Source: Kiritimatiellia bacterium (GTDB taxonomy: Bacteria > Verrucomicrobiota > Kiritimatiellia > RFP12 > JAAYLN01). Taken from it: a stretch of DNA of 64,000 bases. Below the pieces are notes generated by a model. That model ran no database searches and was not told the origin of the DNA. It worked only from the letters and a program-made list of their open reading frames with translations. Shown here one piece after another: positions 29,470 to 38,114 of this stretch. The stretch's first letter is position 1. Each line of letters begins with the position of its first letter. The translations under genes were made by a program, and so were the position numbers. The stretch spans positions 7,412 to 71,411 of the forward strand of contig JAGCUY010000217.1 in assembly GCA_017962605.1 (NCBI GenBank), written 5' to 3'.

Positions 29470-30335
29470 TTAACCTTCTTTCCCACTCCCCTGCCCTTTT
29501 CAGGCGCAATTCCACCGCAACCGATCCACGCCACTTCAAGGCCCTTGAACCGCCGCTTCATCACGGCAATCGCGTCCCGATTGGAATCGACGAGCACGCA
29601 GTTCCGGCCAAGGCTGTGAGCGCTTTCGCCAAGGGTTCCCGAGCCGGCGAAGAAGTCCATGACCAAGTCACCCAGCTTCGAGTGAATCCTGACGATGCGG
29701 TCGATGACGCCGCGTGGCTTCTGGGTCGCGTAGCCGGTCTTCTCCCGCCCGTTTGGGCTGACGATGGTGTGCCACCAGACATCGGTGGGCGTCTTACCGC
29801 GCGCAGCCTTCTCAGGGCCGACAAGCCCCGGCGCCATGTACGGGATGCGCGGCATGTCGTCGTAGTTGAAAGTGTAGTGCTTCGGATCCTTGGCATACCA
29901 GAGGATGTTGTCGTGCTTGGCGCTCCACTTCACCTTCGAGCGCGCGCCGTAGTCGTATGCCCAGATGATCTCGTTGATGAAGGAGCTGCGGCCGAAGATG
30001 GTGTCGAGCATCACCTTGCAGTAGTGGACCTCGCGGAAATCCATGTGGAAGAATAGGGATCCGTCCGGCTTGAGAATGCGGTAAGCCTCGACCATGCGCG
30101 GCTGCAGGAATCCGGAAAAGTCATCAAAGGAGTCAGGGTAGCCGTAGCTACGCTCCGCGACCTTCTCCCCGCCGCGCTTGCTGAATCGCGTCCGCAGCTG
30201 ACGATGGCCGGTATTGAAGGGAGGATCGATGTAAATCAAATCCACGCTCTCCGACGGCCAACCCCGGAGAACCTCCAGGTTGTCGCCGAAATGGACTTCA
30301 ATGCCCGGGCGCCTGCTGGCGGGCTTAGACTTCAT
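29466..30335 (-). CDS. Orphan N4/N6 DNA methyltransferase (beta class)
   Basis: LIYIDPPF precedes YATQKP and DFFAGSGT (beta motif order). No adjacent endonuclease. Confidence 0.92.
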   Translation of the reverse strand: MKSKPASRRPGIEVHFGDNLEVLRGWPSESVDLIYIDPPFNTGHRQLRTRFSKRGGEKVAERSYGYPDSFDDFSGFLQPRMVEAYRILKPDGSLFFHMDFREVHYCKVMLDTIFGRSSFINEIIWAYDYGARSKVKWSAKHDNILWYAKDPKHYTFNYDDMPRIPYMAPGLVGPEKAARGKTPTDVWWHTIVSPNGREKTGYATQKPRGVIDRIVRIHSKLGDLVMDFFAGSGTLGESAHSLGRNCVLVDSNRDAIAVMKRRFKGLEVAWIGCGGIAPEKGRGVGKKVK

Positions 30336-31099
30336 GCAATGACTCCGCGCTGGGACTTTTCGATGAAGTCCAGCAGATGCTCGACCTCAGGGCAGCCAAA
30401 GATGTTCTCGCGCACCTTGGCGATGGCGTTGGAGCGGTTCAGCCCCTCGTGCCAGATGATGCGGTAGGCCTTCTTCAGCGCGGCGATGGACTCCTCAGGC
30501 ACGCCGCGACGCTGGAGCCCCACGAGATTCAGCCCGATCACCTCGGCCGGCTCGCGCGAAACGAGCATGTAGGGCGGAACGTCCTGCGTGATGCGCGGGG
30601 AGCTGGTCATGGACATCGTGCCGATGCGCACGAACTGGTGGACGCCAAGCATCCCGGAAATCACTGCCTTGTCCTCGACCTTCACCTCGCCGGCAAGCAT
30701 GGCGGAGTTCGACATGATCACGTCGTCGCCGACCTCGCAGCCGTGGGCGATGTGGCAGTAGGCCATCACGAGGCAGCGCTTGCCGACCTTGGTGACCTCG
30801 CCGTCACGCGTGCCGAGATGCACGGTGGAGAACTCGCGAAGCGTCGTGCCGTCGCCGATGTCGGCGTAGGTGGTGCCGCCGTTGTATTTCAGGTCCTGCG
30901 TCGGCATGCCCACGCAGGCGAAGGGGAAGATCTTGCAGTCGCGGCCGATGGTGGTGTGGCCGTCGATGAAAGCGTGGGCCTGCACGACCGTTCCCGCGCC
31001 GATCTTGACGTTGGCGCCGATGATGGCGTATGGTCCGACCTCGACAGTCGGGTCGAGGATTGCGCCTTCGTTGACGATTGCGGTAGGATGAATCTGCAT
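30332..31099 (-). CDS. lpxA: UDP-N-acetylglucosamine O-acyltransferase
   Basis: IHPTAIV, hexapeptide repeats, PTQDLKY, HIAH.C, VHQFVRIG, QDVPPY, N.VGL.RRG. Confidence 0.96.
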   Translation of the reverse strand: MQIHPTAIVNEGAILDPTVEVGPYAIIGANVKIGAGTVVQAHAFIDGHTTIGRDCKIFPFACVGMPTQDLKYNGGTTYADIGDGTTLREFSTVHLGTRDGEVTKVGKRCLVMAYCHIAHGCEVGDDVIMSNSAMLAGEVKVEDKAVISGMLGVHQFVRIGTMSMTSSPRITQDVPPYMLVSREPAEVIGLNLVGLQRRGVPEESIAALKKAYRIIWHEGLNRSNAIAKVRENIFGCPEVEHLLDFIEKSQRGVIA

Positions 31100-31158
31100 G
31101 GCGTTGCTCCGATTGAAATGTCCTTATGTCCTTTGCGAGCCTTGTGACAAAAACATCA

Positions 31159-32901
31159 TCACTGCTTTATGGCGTCTTGGAGAAGCTTCTCGATCTTGGC
31201 CTTAAGTTCGCCGTATGCGGCGCTGTCCTTCGCGGCCTGGTGCCAGTCCTTGAAGGTCTGCGTCATCGTGAGGAAGAAACGGCGCGCGGCGTCCTTGTCG
31301 TCGCCGAAGTCGAACTCGGAATTGATGATCTTCTCCAGGAGGTCGAAGACCTCGCGCTGGCGGGCGACCGGCACCGCAGAATCGACCTCGTGGAAGGCGT
31401 CCTGCTGCAGATAGACGGCATCGAGCAGCTCGCTCTTGAGATAGACGAGGAAGTCGGCCATAGCCGTGCCCTCTTCGCCAACGACCTTGGTCATCTGCAG
31501 GACCTCGTTGCCGCGCCGCAGAACGGCGCGCAGGGCCTCGACGCGCGGCTGCTCGACGACGCTTTCATACTTGCTCCAGCTGTCGAGCGGATCGATAGCC
31601 GGGAAGCGGCGGGCGTCGGAGCGGGCGCGGGAGAGGCCGTGGAAGGCGCCCACGACCTTGAGAGTGGCCTGGGTGACGGGTTCGTCGAAGTTGCCGCCGG
31701 CGGGCGAGACGGTGCCGCCGATGGTGACGGAGCCAATGGAGCCGTCGCGTAGGCGGACACGCCCGGCGCGTTCGTAGAAAGCCGCAACGACCGACTCGAG
31801 GTAGGCGGGGAAAGCCTCCTCGCCGGGAATCTCCTCAAGGCGGCCTGACATCTCGCGCAGCGCCTGCGCCCAGCGCGAGGTGGAGTCGGCGAGCAGCAGG
31901 ACGTTCAGCCCCATCTGCCGGTAGTAGGAGGCGATGGTGACAGCCGTATAGACGGAGGCCTCGCGTGCCGCGACTGGCATCGACGAAGTGTTGCAGATGA
32001 TGACGGTGCGGTCCATCAGGGAGCGGCCGGTGCGGGGGTCGGTCATCTCCGGGAACTCGCGGAGAGTCTCCACGACTTCGCCGGCGCGTTCGCCGCAAGC
32101 GGCCAGCACGACGATGTCCACCTCGGCGTGGCGGCTCGTCACCTGCTGGAGGACGGTTTTGCCGGCACCGAAGGGGCCGGGGGTGCAGTAGGTGCCGCCA
32201 AGGGCCACTGGGAAGAAAGTGTCGATCGTGCGCTGCTGCGTGATCATCGTCTCGTTGGGGGAGAGGCGTTCCTCGAAGCAGTTCATCGGCACCTTTACGG
32301 GCCAGCGCTGCGCCATCGCCACGTCGCGTGTCGCGCCCTGGGCGTTCTCGATGACGGCGACCTTGTCGGTAACGGAGTATTCGCCGGCCTTGGCGATCTC
32401 CTTGACCGTCCAGGTGCCGATGGCGCTAAAGGGGACCATGATGCGGTGCTTGAAGATGCCCTCGGGAACGGTGCCGAGAGTGTCGCCGGCGAGGACCTTG
32501 TCGCCGACTTTGGCGGTAGGCTCGAAGGCCCACTTCCGGTCACGCGGCAGCGGGTCGAGGTAGGTGCCGCTCTGGAGGAAGAAGCCGCACTGCTCGGCAA
32601 GGCGAGGCAGCGGGTTCTGGAGGCCGTCGTAAACCTGGCCGAGTAGGCCGGGACCGAGTTCCGCAGAGAGAAGGTCGCCGGTGAACTCGACTGTATCTCC
32701 GATGGCGAGGCCGGTCGTGTCCTCGAAGACCTGCATGTCGGCGCGAGTTCCGCGAATACGGACGACCTCGCACATCAGGCGGTGCTGCGCGCCTTCCGCG
32801 CCAGTGACGGCGTAGCCGACTTCGTTCTGCGCAACTGCGCCGTCGAAAAGAACGGAAATCATGTTTCCGTTCACCATTGAGATCTTACCGGTAGTTTTCA
32901 T
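31159..32901 (-). CDS. ntpA: V-type ATP synthase subunit A
   Basis: GPFGAGKT, ACGERAGE, NTSSMPVAAREAS, ADSTSRWA, PGEEAFPAYL, VSPAGGNF. Start at MKTTGK. Confidence 0.96.
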   Translation of the reverse strand: MKTTGKISMVNGNMISVLFDGAVAQNEVGYAVTGAEGAQHRLMCEVVRIRGTRADMQVFEDTTGLAIGDTVEFTGDLLSAELGPGLLGQVYDGLQNPLPRLAEQCGFFLQSGTYLDPLPRDRKWAFEPTAKVGDKVLAGDTLGTVPEGIFKHRIMVPFSAIGTWTVKEIAKAGEYSVTDKVAVIENAQGATRDVAMAQRWPVKVPMNCFEERLSPNETMITQQRTIDTFFPVALGGTYCTPGPFGAGKTVLQQVTSRHAEVDIVVLAACGERAGEVVETLREFPEMTDPRTGRSLMDRTVIICNTSSMPVAAREASVYTAVTIASYYRQMGLNVLLLADSTSRWAQALREMSGRLEEIPGEEAFPAYLESVVAAFYERAGRVRLRDGSIGSVTIGGTVSPAGGNFDEPVTQATLKVVGAFHGLSRARSDARRFPAIDPLDSWSKYESVVEQPRVEALRAVLRRGNEVLQMTKVVGEEGTAMADFLVYLKSELLDAVYLQQDAFHEVDSAVPVARQREVFDLLEKIINSEFDFGDDKDAARRFFLTMTQTFKDWHQAAKDSAAYGELKAKIEKLLQDAIKQ

Positions 32902-32937
32902 GAAAGTAGTAGGGGGCAAGTTGGGGGTCAAAAGTGG

Positions 32938-33040
32938 AATTGTGAATTTGAAATTAGGGATCAGGGATTAGGGGTCAGGGATCAGGGGTCAGGGGCCAGG
33001 GGTCAGGGATTGGGGATGCGGGGTTAGGGATTAGAAGTTA
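32938..33040. repeat. 7-bp tandem array (GGGRTYA, ~12 clear units plus degenerate flanks)
   Basis: gggatca gggatta ggggtca gggatca ggggtca ggggcca ggggtca gggattg gggatgc ggggtta gggatta. Overlaps the DUF2764 stop codon. Confidence 0.9.
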
Positions 33041-33608
33041 GCGATTTGAACTTCTCCATACCTTTGTCGTCCTCGATGGAGAACCTGCGGGCATTGAGTG
33101 CGAGCTTCCCGGCGTATGACAGAACGGCCGCCTCGGTAAAGGGCGCGATGCCCTGAAGTTCGTCGAGGATGCGCCAGCGCAGCGCGTCAAGCGCCCGCTC
33201 GCGCTGGAGCGGGTCTTTGGCGGCGAATGCCTGCGCCACGCCCTGGGTGATCATCGCCTCGCAGCCATGAGCATCGCGGGGCGCGGGGCGAGTCGCGCCA
33301 AGGCGGCGCGCACGTTCGGCCGCAACGGCGTTGCGCAGCTGAATCTCGCGGTCGCGCCACTCGGCGAGGAACGGGTGCGAGGAAGGCGCGGTTTGAAGAA
33401 CCGCGCCGACAGGACGGGAGGACGCGGAGTTAGGACTGGAAGGCGGGGCGTCTGGACGGGAGGACGCGCCGAGCATTTCATTGGCGGCCGCCGCCAGCGC
33501 CGGGTCAAGCTGATCGCCGCACATTTCCGCAAAAGCCGCCGGCGAAATCTTCGCCGGCTGGTCTTCCAGCAGCATCGGCAACGAGGATATGAAGTATTCC
33601 AAATTCAC
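33024..33608 (-). CDS. DUF2764-family V-ATPase-associated protein
   Basis: YFISSLP.L, HPFL.EW..E..LRNA.A..RA, P..RE..LD..RW; lies between subunits E and A. Confidence 0.8.
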   Translation of the reverse strand: MNLEYFISSLPMLLEDQPAKISPAAFAEMCGDQLDPALAAAANEMLGASSRPDAPPSSPNSASSRPVGAVLQTAPSSHPFLAEWRDREIQLRNAVAAERARRLGATRPAPRDAHGCEAMITQGVAQAFAAKDPLQRERALDALRWRILDELQGIAPFTEAAVLSYAGKLALNARRFSIEDDKGMEKFKSLTSNP

Positions 33609-33675
33609 GGCGCCAAACCTCCAGACATCAAAACTTCAAGGGCGCTTTCGTCAAACCTACAAAAATCCATAAACC

Positions 33676-34278
33676 TCACTCACGCATGAGCGCCGCGAGT
33701 TCAGGACGCAGCAGGCGCCCGAGAGCATCGGAAATTGCATCGGCAGTAAAGCACTGCTCCACGCGCCCGCCATCGAGCTTGATTGTAAAACCATTCGGGA
33801 ACGCGGGGCTCGCCTCCACGGCAATGCCGCCATTCGCGGCCTTTGCGGCCAGCGCGGCCTTCACGGCTGACGCCATCTTGGCCGCGTCGCCGCCAAGCGC
33901 CACGGCAATGCCCTTCTCTCCCTGCGCAAGATAGCCATCGACGGCCTTGGAAATCCACGCGGAGACTGCGCCTTCATCGGCAAGAGCGCCCTTGACACCG
34001 GCGGCGATGAAATCGGAAACCTGCGCCTGCAAATCAGAAGCGAGCTGGAGCTTGACATCGCGCATAGCCTGGCGGACGGTCGCCTCGGCGCGCGCGGCGA
34101 AGTCGGCCGCTTCGCGCTTAGATTGCTCGCGGGACTTCTCCGCCGCCGCTTCCGCCTTGGCGCGGATCTCGGCGGCTTCCTTCTTCGCGGCATCGACGAT
34201 GGCCTTCGCCTCGGCCTCGGCCTTGCCGATTCCGTCGCTCTTGATTTTGTCAAGCAGTGATTGCAGTTCTTCTGACAT
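33676..34278 (-). CDS. ntpE: V-type ATP synthase subunit E
   Basis: LQSLLDKIK.DG..KAE.EA coiled coil, GF.I, L...LRP.L; SD AAGGAG. Confidence 0.85.
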   Translation of the reverse strand: MSEELQSLLDKIKSDGIGKAEAEAKAIVDAAKKEAAEIRAKAEAAAEKSREQSKREAADFAARAEATVRQAMRDVKLQLASDLQAQVSDFIAAGVKGALADEGAVSAWISKAVDGYLAQGEKGIAVALGGDAAKMASAVKAALAAKAANGGIAVEASPAFPNGFTIKLDGGRVEQCFTADAISDALGRLLRPELAALMRE

Positions 34279-34373
34279 TACTTTCTCCTTAAAATGATCA
34301 GTTCAATATACCAAATTTGCGCTTGCGGTGCATCTCCCCTTATGCTATCATTTTTCCCAAGGAGTTAACACAC

Positions 34374-34907
34374 ATGAACCTCAAAGGAACAAAAACCGAA
34401 GCAAACCTCAAGACCGCCTTCGCTGGCGAGTCGCAGGCCCGCAACAAATATTCCTACTTCGCCTCCCAGGCAAAGAAGGAAGGATACGAGCAGATCGCCG
34501 CCCTCTTCGAGGAAACGGCCGCCAACGAGAAGGAACACGCCAAGCTCTGGTTCAAGCACCTCGGCGGCATCGGCAAGACCGCGGAGAATCTGGCCGCGGC
34601 AGCCGCCGGCGAGCACGAAGAGTGGACGGAAATGTACAAGCAGTTCGCCGAAGAGGCCCGCGCCGAGGGTTTCGAGGCTCTTGCCAAGCAGTTCGAGGGC
34701 GTCGCCGCGATCGAAAAGCACCACGAAGAGCGCTACCTCAAGCTTCTCGCCAACATCGAGAAGGACGAGGTCTGGGTCAAGGTGGGCGAAAACCGCTGGC
34801 AGTGCCGCAACTGCGGTCACATCTATATCGGCGAGAAGGCTCCCGAAGTCTGCCCGGTGTGCTTCCACCCGAAAGCCTACTTCCAGGTCGAGGCGGAGAA
34901 TTACTAG
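34374..34907 (+). CDS. rbr: Rubrerythrin
   Basis: LKGTKTE.NL..AFAGES.ARNKY, EKEHA, EKHHE, C-terminal CRNCG..CPVC.HP; SD AAGGAG. Confidence 0.96.
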   Translation: MNLKGTKTEANLKTAFAGESQARNKYSYFASQAKKEGYEQIAALFEETAANEKEHAKLWFKHLGGIGKTAENLAAAAAGEHEEWTEMYKQFAEEARAEGFEALAKQFEGVAAIEKHHEERYLKLLANIEKDEVWVKVGENRWQCRNCGHIYIGEKAPEVCPVCFHPKAYFQVEAENY

Positions 34908-34910
34908 GCC

Positions 34911-36215
34911 ATGCACAGTAAGACAGCGGCAATAGCCACAGCAACCGCCGCCCTCGCGTTTCTCGCGGGCTGCGACATTACAGGCACGAAGAAGACCGCC
35001 GAAAAGACGGCCTTCTCAACCGCCACCGTAGCGCGCGGGTCCGTCGTCCAATCCGTGTCCGCAACGGGGACAATCGAGCCGGAGGAACTGGTCGATATCG
35101 GCGCCCAGGTCTCCGGCAAGATACTCTCCTTCGGCACCGGCCTCGACGGCGAGGTGCTCGACTACTGCTCGCTTGTCACCAACGGCATGACGCTCGCCAA
35201 AATAGATGACGAGACCTACATCGCCGACCTCAACGTCGCGGAGGCGCAGCTGCAGCGGGCTCGCGCCTCCGAGGCCGTTGCCTCCGCAAGCCTCGTCCAG
35301 GCCCGCGTGAATGCCGACCAGGCGCGGCGCGAGTGGGAGCGCGCCCAGAAAATCGGCGTTGGCTCCGCCCTCTCCCGCACGACCTACGAGAACTACGAGG
35401 CAGCCGCGCAGAACGCCGAGGCAGCGCTCGGCATCGCCGAAGCTCAGGTGAAGCAGTCGCAGGCAAGCGTCGTCGAAGCCGAGGCAAGCGTCGACAAGGC
35501 GAAACGCAACCTCAGCTACTGCGAGATCGTGTCGTCAGTCGATGGCGTCATCATCGACCGCCGGGTGAACGTCGGCCAGACCGTCGTCTCTTCGATGAGC
35601 GCATCCTCCCTCTTCCTCGTGGCGCGGGACCTCTCCCGCGTGCAGATATGGGTCGCGGTGAACGAGGCCGACATCGGCTCGATCAAGCCAGGCGGCCGCG
35701 TCACCTTCACCGTCGATACCTTCCCCGGCCGCATCTTCGAGGGCGTCGTGAAACGCATCCGCCTGAACGCGACCGTCACCTCCAATGTAGTCACCTACAC
35801 CGTCGAGGTCGAAACCGACAACTCCAACCACATCCTCCTCCCCTACCTCACGGCCAACGTGCAGTTTGAAATCGCACGCGCCGACGGCGCCATCGTGGTT
35901 CCCGCCAAGGCGCTGCGGTTCCGCCCCCCTGCCCCGCCTGACGCGAAAAGCCTGCCGACAGGCGATGCGGTCTTCGTCGTCGATGGCGACAACCCGCCGC
36001 GCCGCATTCCCGTGAAAGTGCTGCTTTCAAATGGCGTCGATACGGCCATAGAGCCGCTTGAAGGCGCAACGATTGCGGAAGGCGCGAAAGTCATCACCGG
36101 CATCACCACCGCGTCGTCAATCGGCGGCCCAGCCGGAAACGATGGCAGCAGTCCCTTTATGCCGAAGATGCCCAAGCGCAACAAGAGAGGCAACAGCGGC
36201 CCGCCGCCACCCTAA
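34911..36215 (+). CDS. MacA-like periplasmic adaptor subunit
   Basis: Lipobox LAGC, VSATGTIEP, GAQVSG, DG.II.R.V.VGQTV, V.EADIG, LLPYLTANV. Confidence 0.9.
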   Translation: MHSKTAAIATATAALAFLAGCDITGTKKTAEKTAFSTATVARGSVVQSVSATGTIEPEELVDIGAQVSGKILSFGTGLDGEVLDYCSLVTNGMTLAKIDDETYIADLNVAEAQLQRARASEAVASASLVQARVNADQARREWERAQKIGVGSALSRTTYENYEAAAQNAEAALGIAEAQVKQSQASVVEAEASVDKAKRNLSYCEIVSSVDGVIIDRRVNVGQTVVSSMSASSLFLVARDLSRVQIWVAVNEADIGSIKPGGRVTFTVDTFPGRIFEGVVKRIRLNATVTSNVVTYTVEVETDNSNHILLPYLTANVQFEIARADGAIVVPAKALRFRPPAPPDAKSLPTGDAVFVVDGDNPPRRIPVKVLLSNGVDTAIEPLEGATIAEGAKVITGITTASSIGGPAGNDGSSPFMPKMPKRNKRGNSGPPPP

Positions 36216-36305
36216 TGAATGTGAAATTGTGAAAATGTGAAAACAGCCAACAGCCAATAACCAATGAAAAATAGCACTTTTTCACGTTTCCACATTTCCG
36301 CACTT
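36216..36305. repeat. Inverted 8-bp arrays enclosing 7-bp repeats
   Basis: Left: gtgaaatt gtgaaaat gtgaaa. Centre: aacagcc aacagcc aataacc. Right: ttttcacg tttccaca tttccgca. Confidence 0.75.
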
Positions 36306-36309
36306 TGAT

Positions 36310-37398
36310 ATGGACATCACCAAAATCGACCGCAATTTCTCCGCCGCCACAGTGGGCGGCCGTGAAATCAACTACTACGACGTGACCGATGCGCCATTCT
36401 CCCTTGAGGGCTTCCCTTGGGGGGATCCTAAAAAAGGCGAGTTCTTCCGTCTTCCTCCCAATTTCAAGGCGCCGGAAGACATCAACGAAGGGGCGCTTTT
36501 CAATGGCCATCATTTGGCCTCCGGCGGATGCGCCCGCTTCCGTACCGACGCATCATTCATAGCAGTTCGCGCAACGCTCGCAGACAGCGCCGACATGAAC
36601 CACATGCCACGCTGCGGCTCTGCCGGATTCGACCTCTATGTCGGCCCCTCCGCCGCATCGCACCATGTCGGCACGGCGCAGCCCTCGCGCGATGAAGTCG
36701 CGCTGGAGCGCGTTCTCATTGACCTTCCCGGCTGGAGTGGCGAAGAGCGGGAATTCCGCCTGAACTTCCCCCTCTACGGCGGGGTGAAGAAGGTTGAAAT
36801 CGGCCTGCCACCCGGCGCAGTGTTAAAAGCGCCCGCGCCGCATGCGCTGAAGCCAATACTCTTCTACGGCTCATCAATAACCCAGGGCGGATGCGCCTCG
36901 CGTCCCGGCAACAACTACTGCTCAATGCTCTGCCGCGCCCTCGACGCCGAACAGATCAACCTCGGGTTCTCGGGTTGCGGCAGGGGCGAACCGGCCGTAG
37001 CCCGCGCCATCGCCTCGCTTGACCTCTCGGCGTTCGTGATGGACTACGACCACAACGCGCCCAACCCCGAACATCTTGAGGCGACGCACTGGAACTTCTT
37101 CTCCATCGTCCGCGAGAAGAATCCCGACCTGCCAATCCTTCTTCTTTCAAGATGCGACATCTGGCGCGACCGTGCCTATGAGTACGACTGCCGCCGCCGC
37201 GCAGTAGTCAAAGCCACCTACGACCGCGCCATCGCCGCAGGCGACAGGCATGTGTTCTTCATCGACGGAGAGACACTCTTCGGCGGCGAGGGCCGCGAGG
37301 AGTGCACAGTTGACCGAACCCACCCCAACGACCTTGGCTTTTTCCGCATGTTCCAGACAGTCCTGCCCGTGCTGAAAAAGGCCATAGCGAAAGCGTGA
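36310..37398 (+). CDS. SGNH/GDSL hydrolase with N-terminal GxDLY domain
   Basis: GFDLY, YGSSITQGGCASRPG, NLGFSG, DYDHN, D..HPNDLGF. Confidence 0.9.
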   Translation: MDITKIDRNFSAATVGGREINYYDVTDAPFSLEGFPWGDPKKGEFFRLPPNFKAPEDINEGALFNGHHLASGGCARFRTDASFIAVRATLADSADMNHMPRCGSAGFDLYVGPSAASHHVGTAQPSRDEVALERVLIDLPGWSGEEREFRLNFPLYGGVKKVEIGLPPGAVLKAPAPHALKPILFYGSSITQGGCASRPGNNYCSMLCRALDAEQINLGFSGCGRGEPAVARAIASLDLSAFVMDYDHNAPNPEHLEATHWNFFSIVREKNPDLPILLLSRCDIWRDRAYEYDCRRRAVVKATYDRAIAAGDRHVFFIDGETLFGGEGREECTVDRTHPNDLGFFRMFQTVLPVLKKAIAKA

Positions 37399-37406
37399 GA
37401 TCCAAC

Positions 37407-38114
37407 ATGGCGCTTATCGAGCTAGAGAATATCCGCAAAACCTACGCCCTCGCCGGAACGGAGGGCGTCGAGGTCCTGAAGGGCGTTACCCTGAAGATAA
37501 ACGAGGGGTCGCTCGTCGCACTCATGGGCGCGTCCGGCTCCGGAAAATCGACGCTCATGAACATCCTGGGCTTCCTCGACACCGCCACTTCGGGACGCTA
37601 CCTCTTCGACGGCCGCGACGTCTCAAAGCTCTCCGCCAACGACCGCGCCGACCTCCGCAACGAGCGCATCGGCTTTGTCTTCCAGAACTTCAACCTCCTC
37701 TCCCGCACATCGGCGTTGCAGAACGTCCTGCTGCCCCTCGAATACCAGCGGAAGCGCCGCCCCAAAGCAGAGAACCGCGCCTGGGCCGCCGAACTGCTGA
37801 AGCGAATGGGGCTAGCCGACCGCATGGACCACGCCCCCAACCAGCTCTCCGGCGGCCAGCAGCAGCGCGTTGCAATCGCACGCGCCCTGGTGAACCGCCC
37901 GCGCATCCTCTTCGCCGACGAACCCACAGGCAACCTCGACTCCAAGACGACTGTGGAAATTCTCGAGATGTTCCGGAACCTCAACAAGGAGGAGGGCATC
38001 ACCATCGTCATCGTAACGCACGACGCCGAAGTCTGCGACTACGCCAAGGAGACAATCCAGATCCGCGACGGCCTTGTCGTAGGGGGGGCCTTTGGACAGG
38101 AGGGAGGCAAATGA
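37407..38114 (+). CDS. MacB/LolD-like ABC transporter ATPase
   Basis: GASGSGKS, IGFVFQNFNLL, LSGGQQQRVAIARAL, ADEPTGNLD. Confidence 0.95.
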   Translation: MALIELENIRKTYALAGTEGVEVLKGVTLKINEGSLVALMGASGSGKSTLMNILGFLDTATSGRYLFDGRDVSKLSANDRADLRNERIGFVFQNFNLLSRTSALQNVLLPLEYQRKRRPKAENRAWAAELLKRMGLADRMDHAPNQLSGGQQQRVAIARALVNRPRILFADEPTGNLDSKTTVEILEMFRNLNKEEGITIVIVTHDAEVCDYAKETIQIRDGLVVGGAFGQEGGK

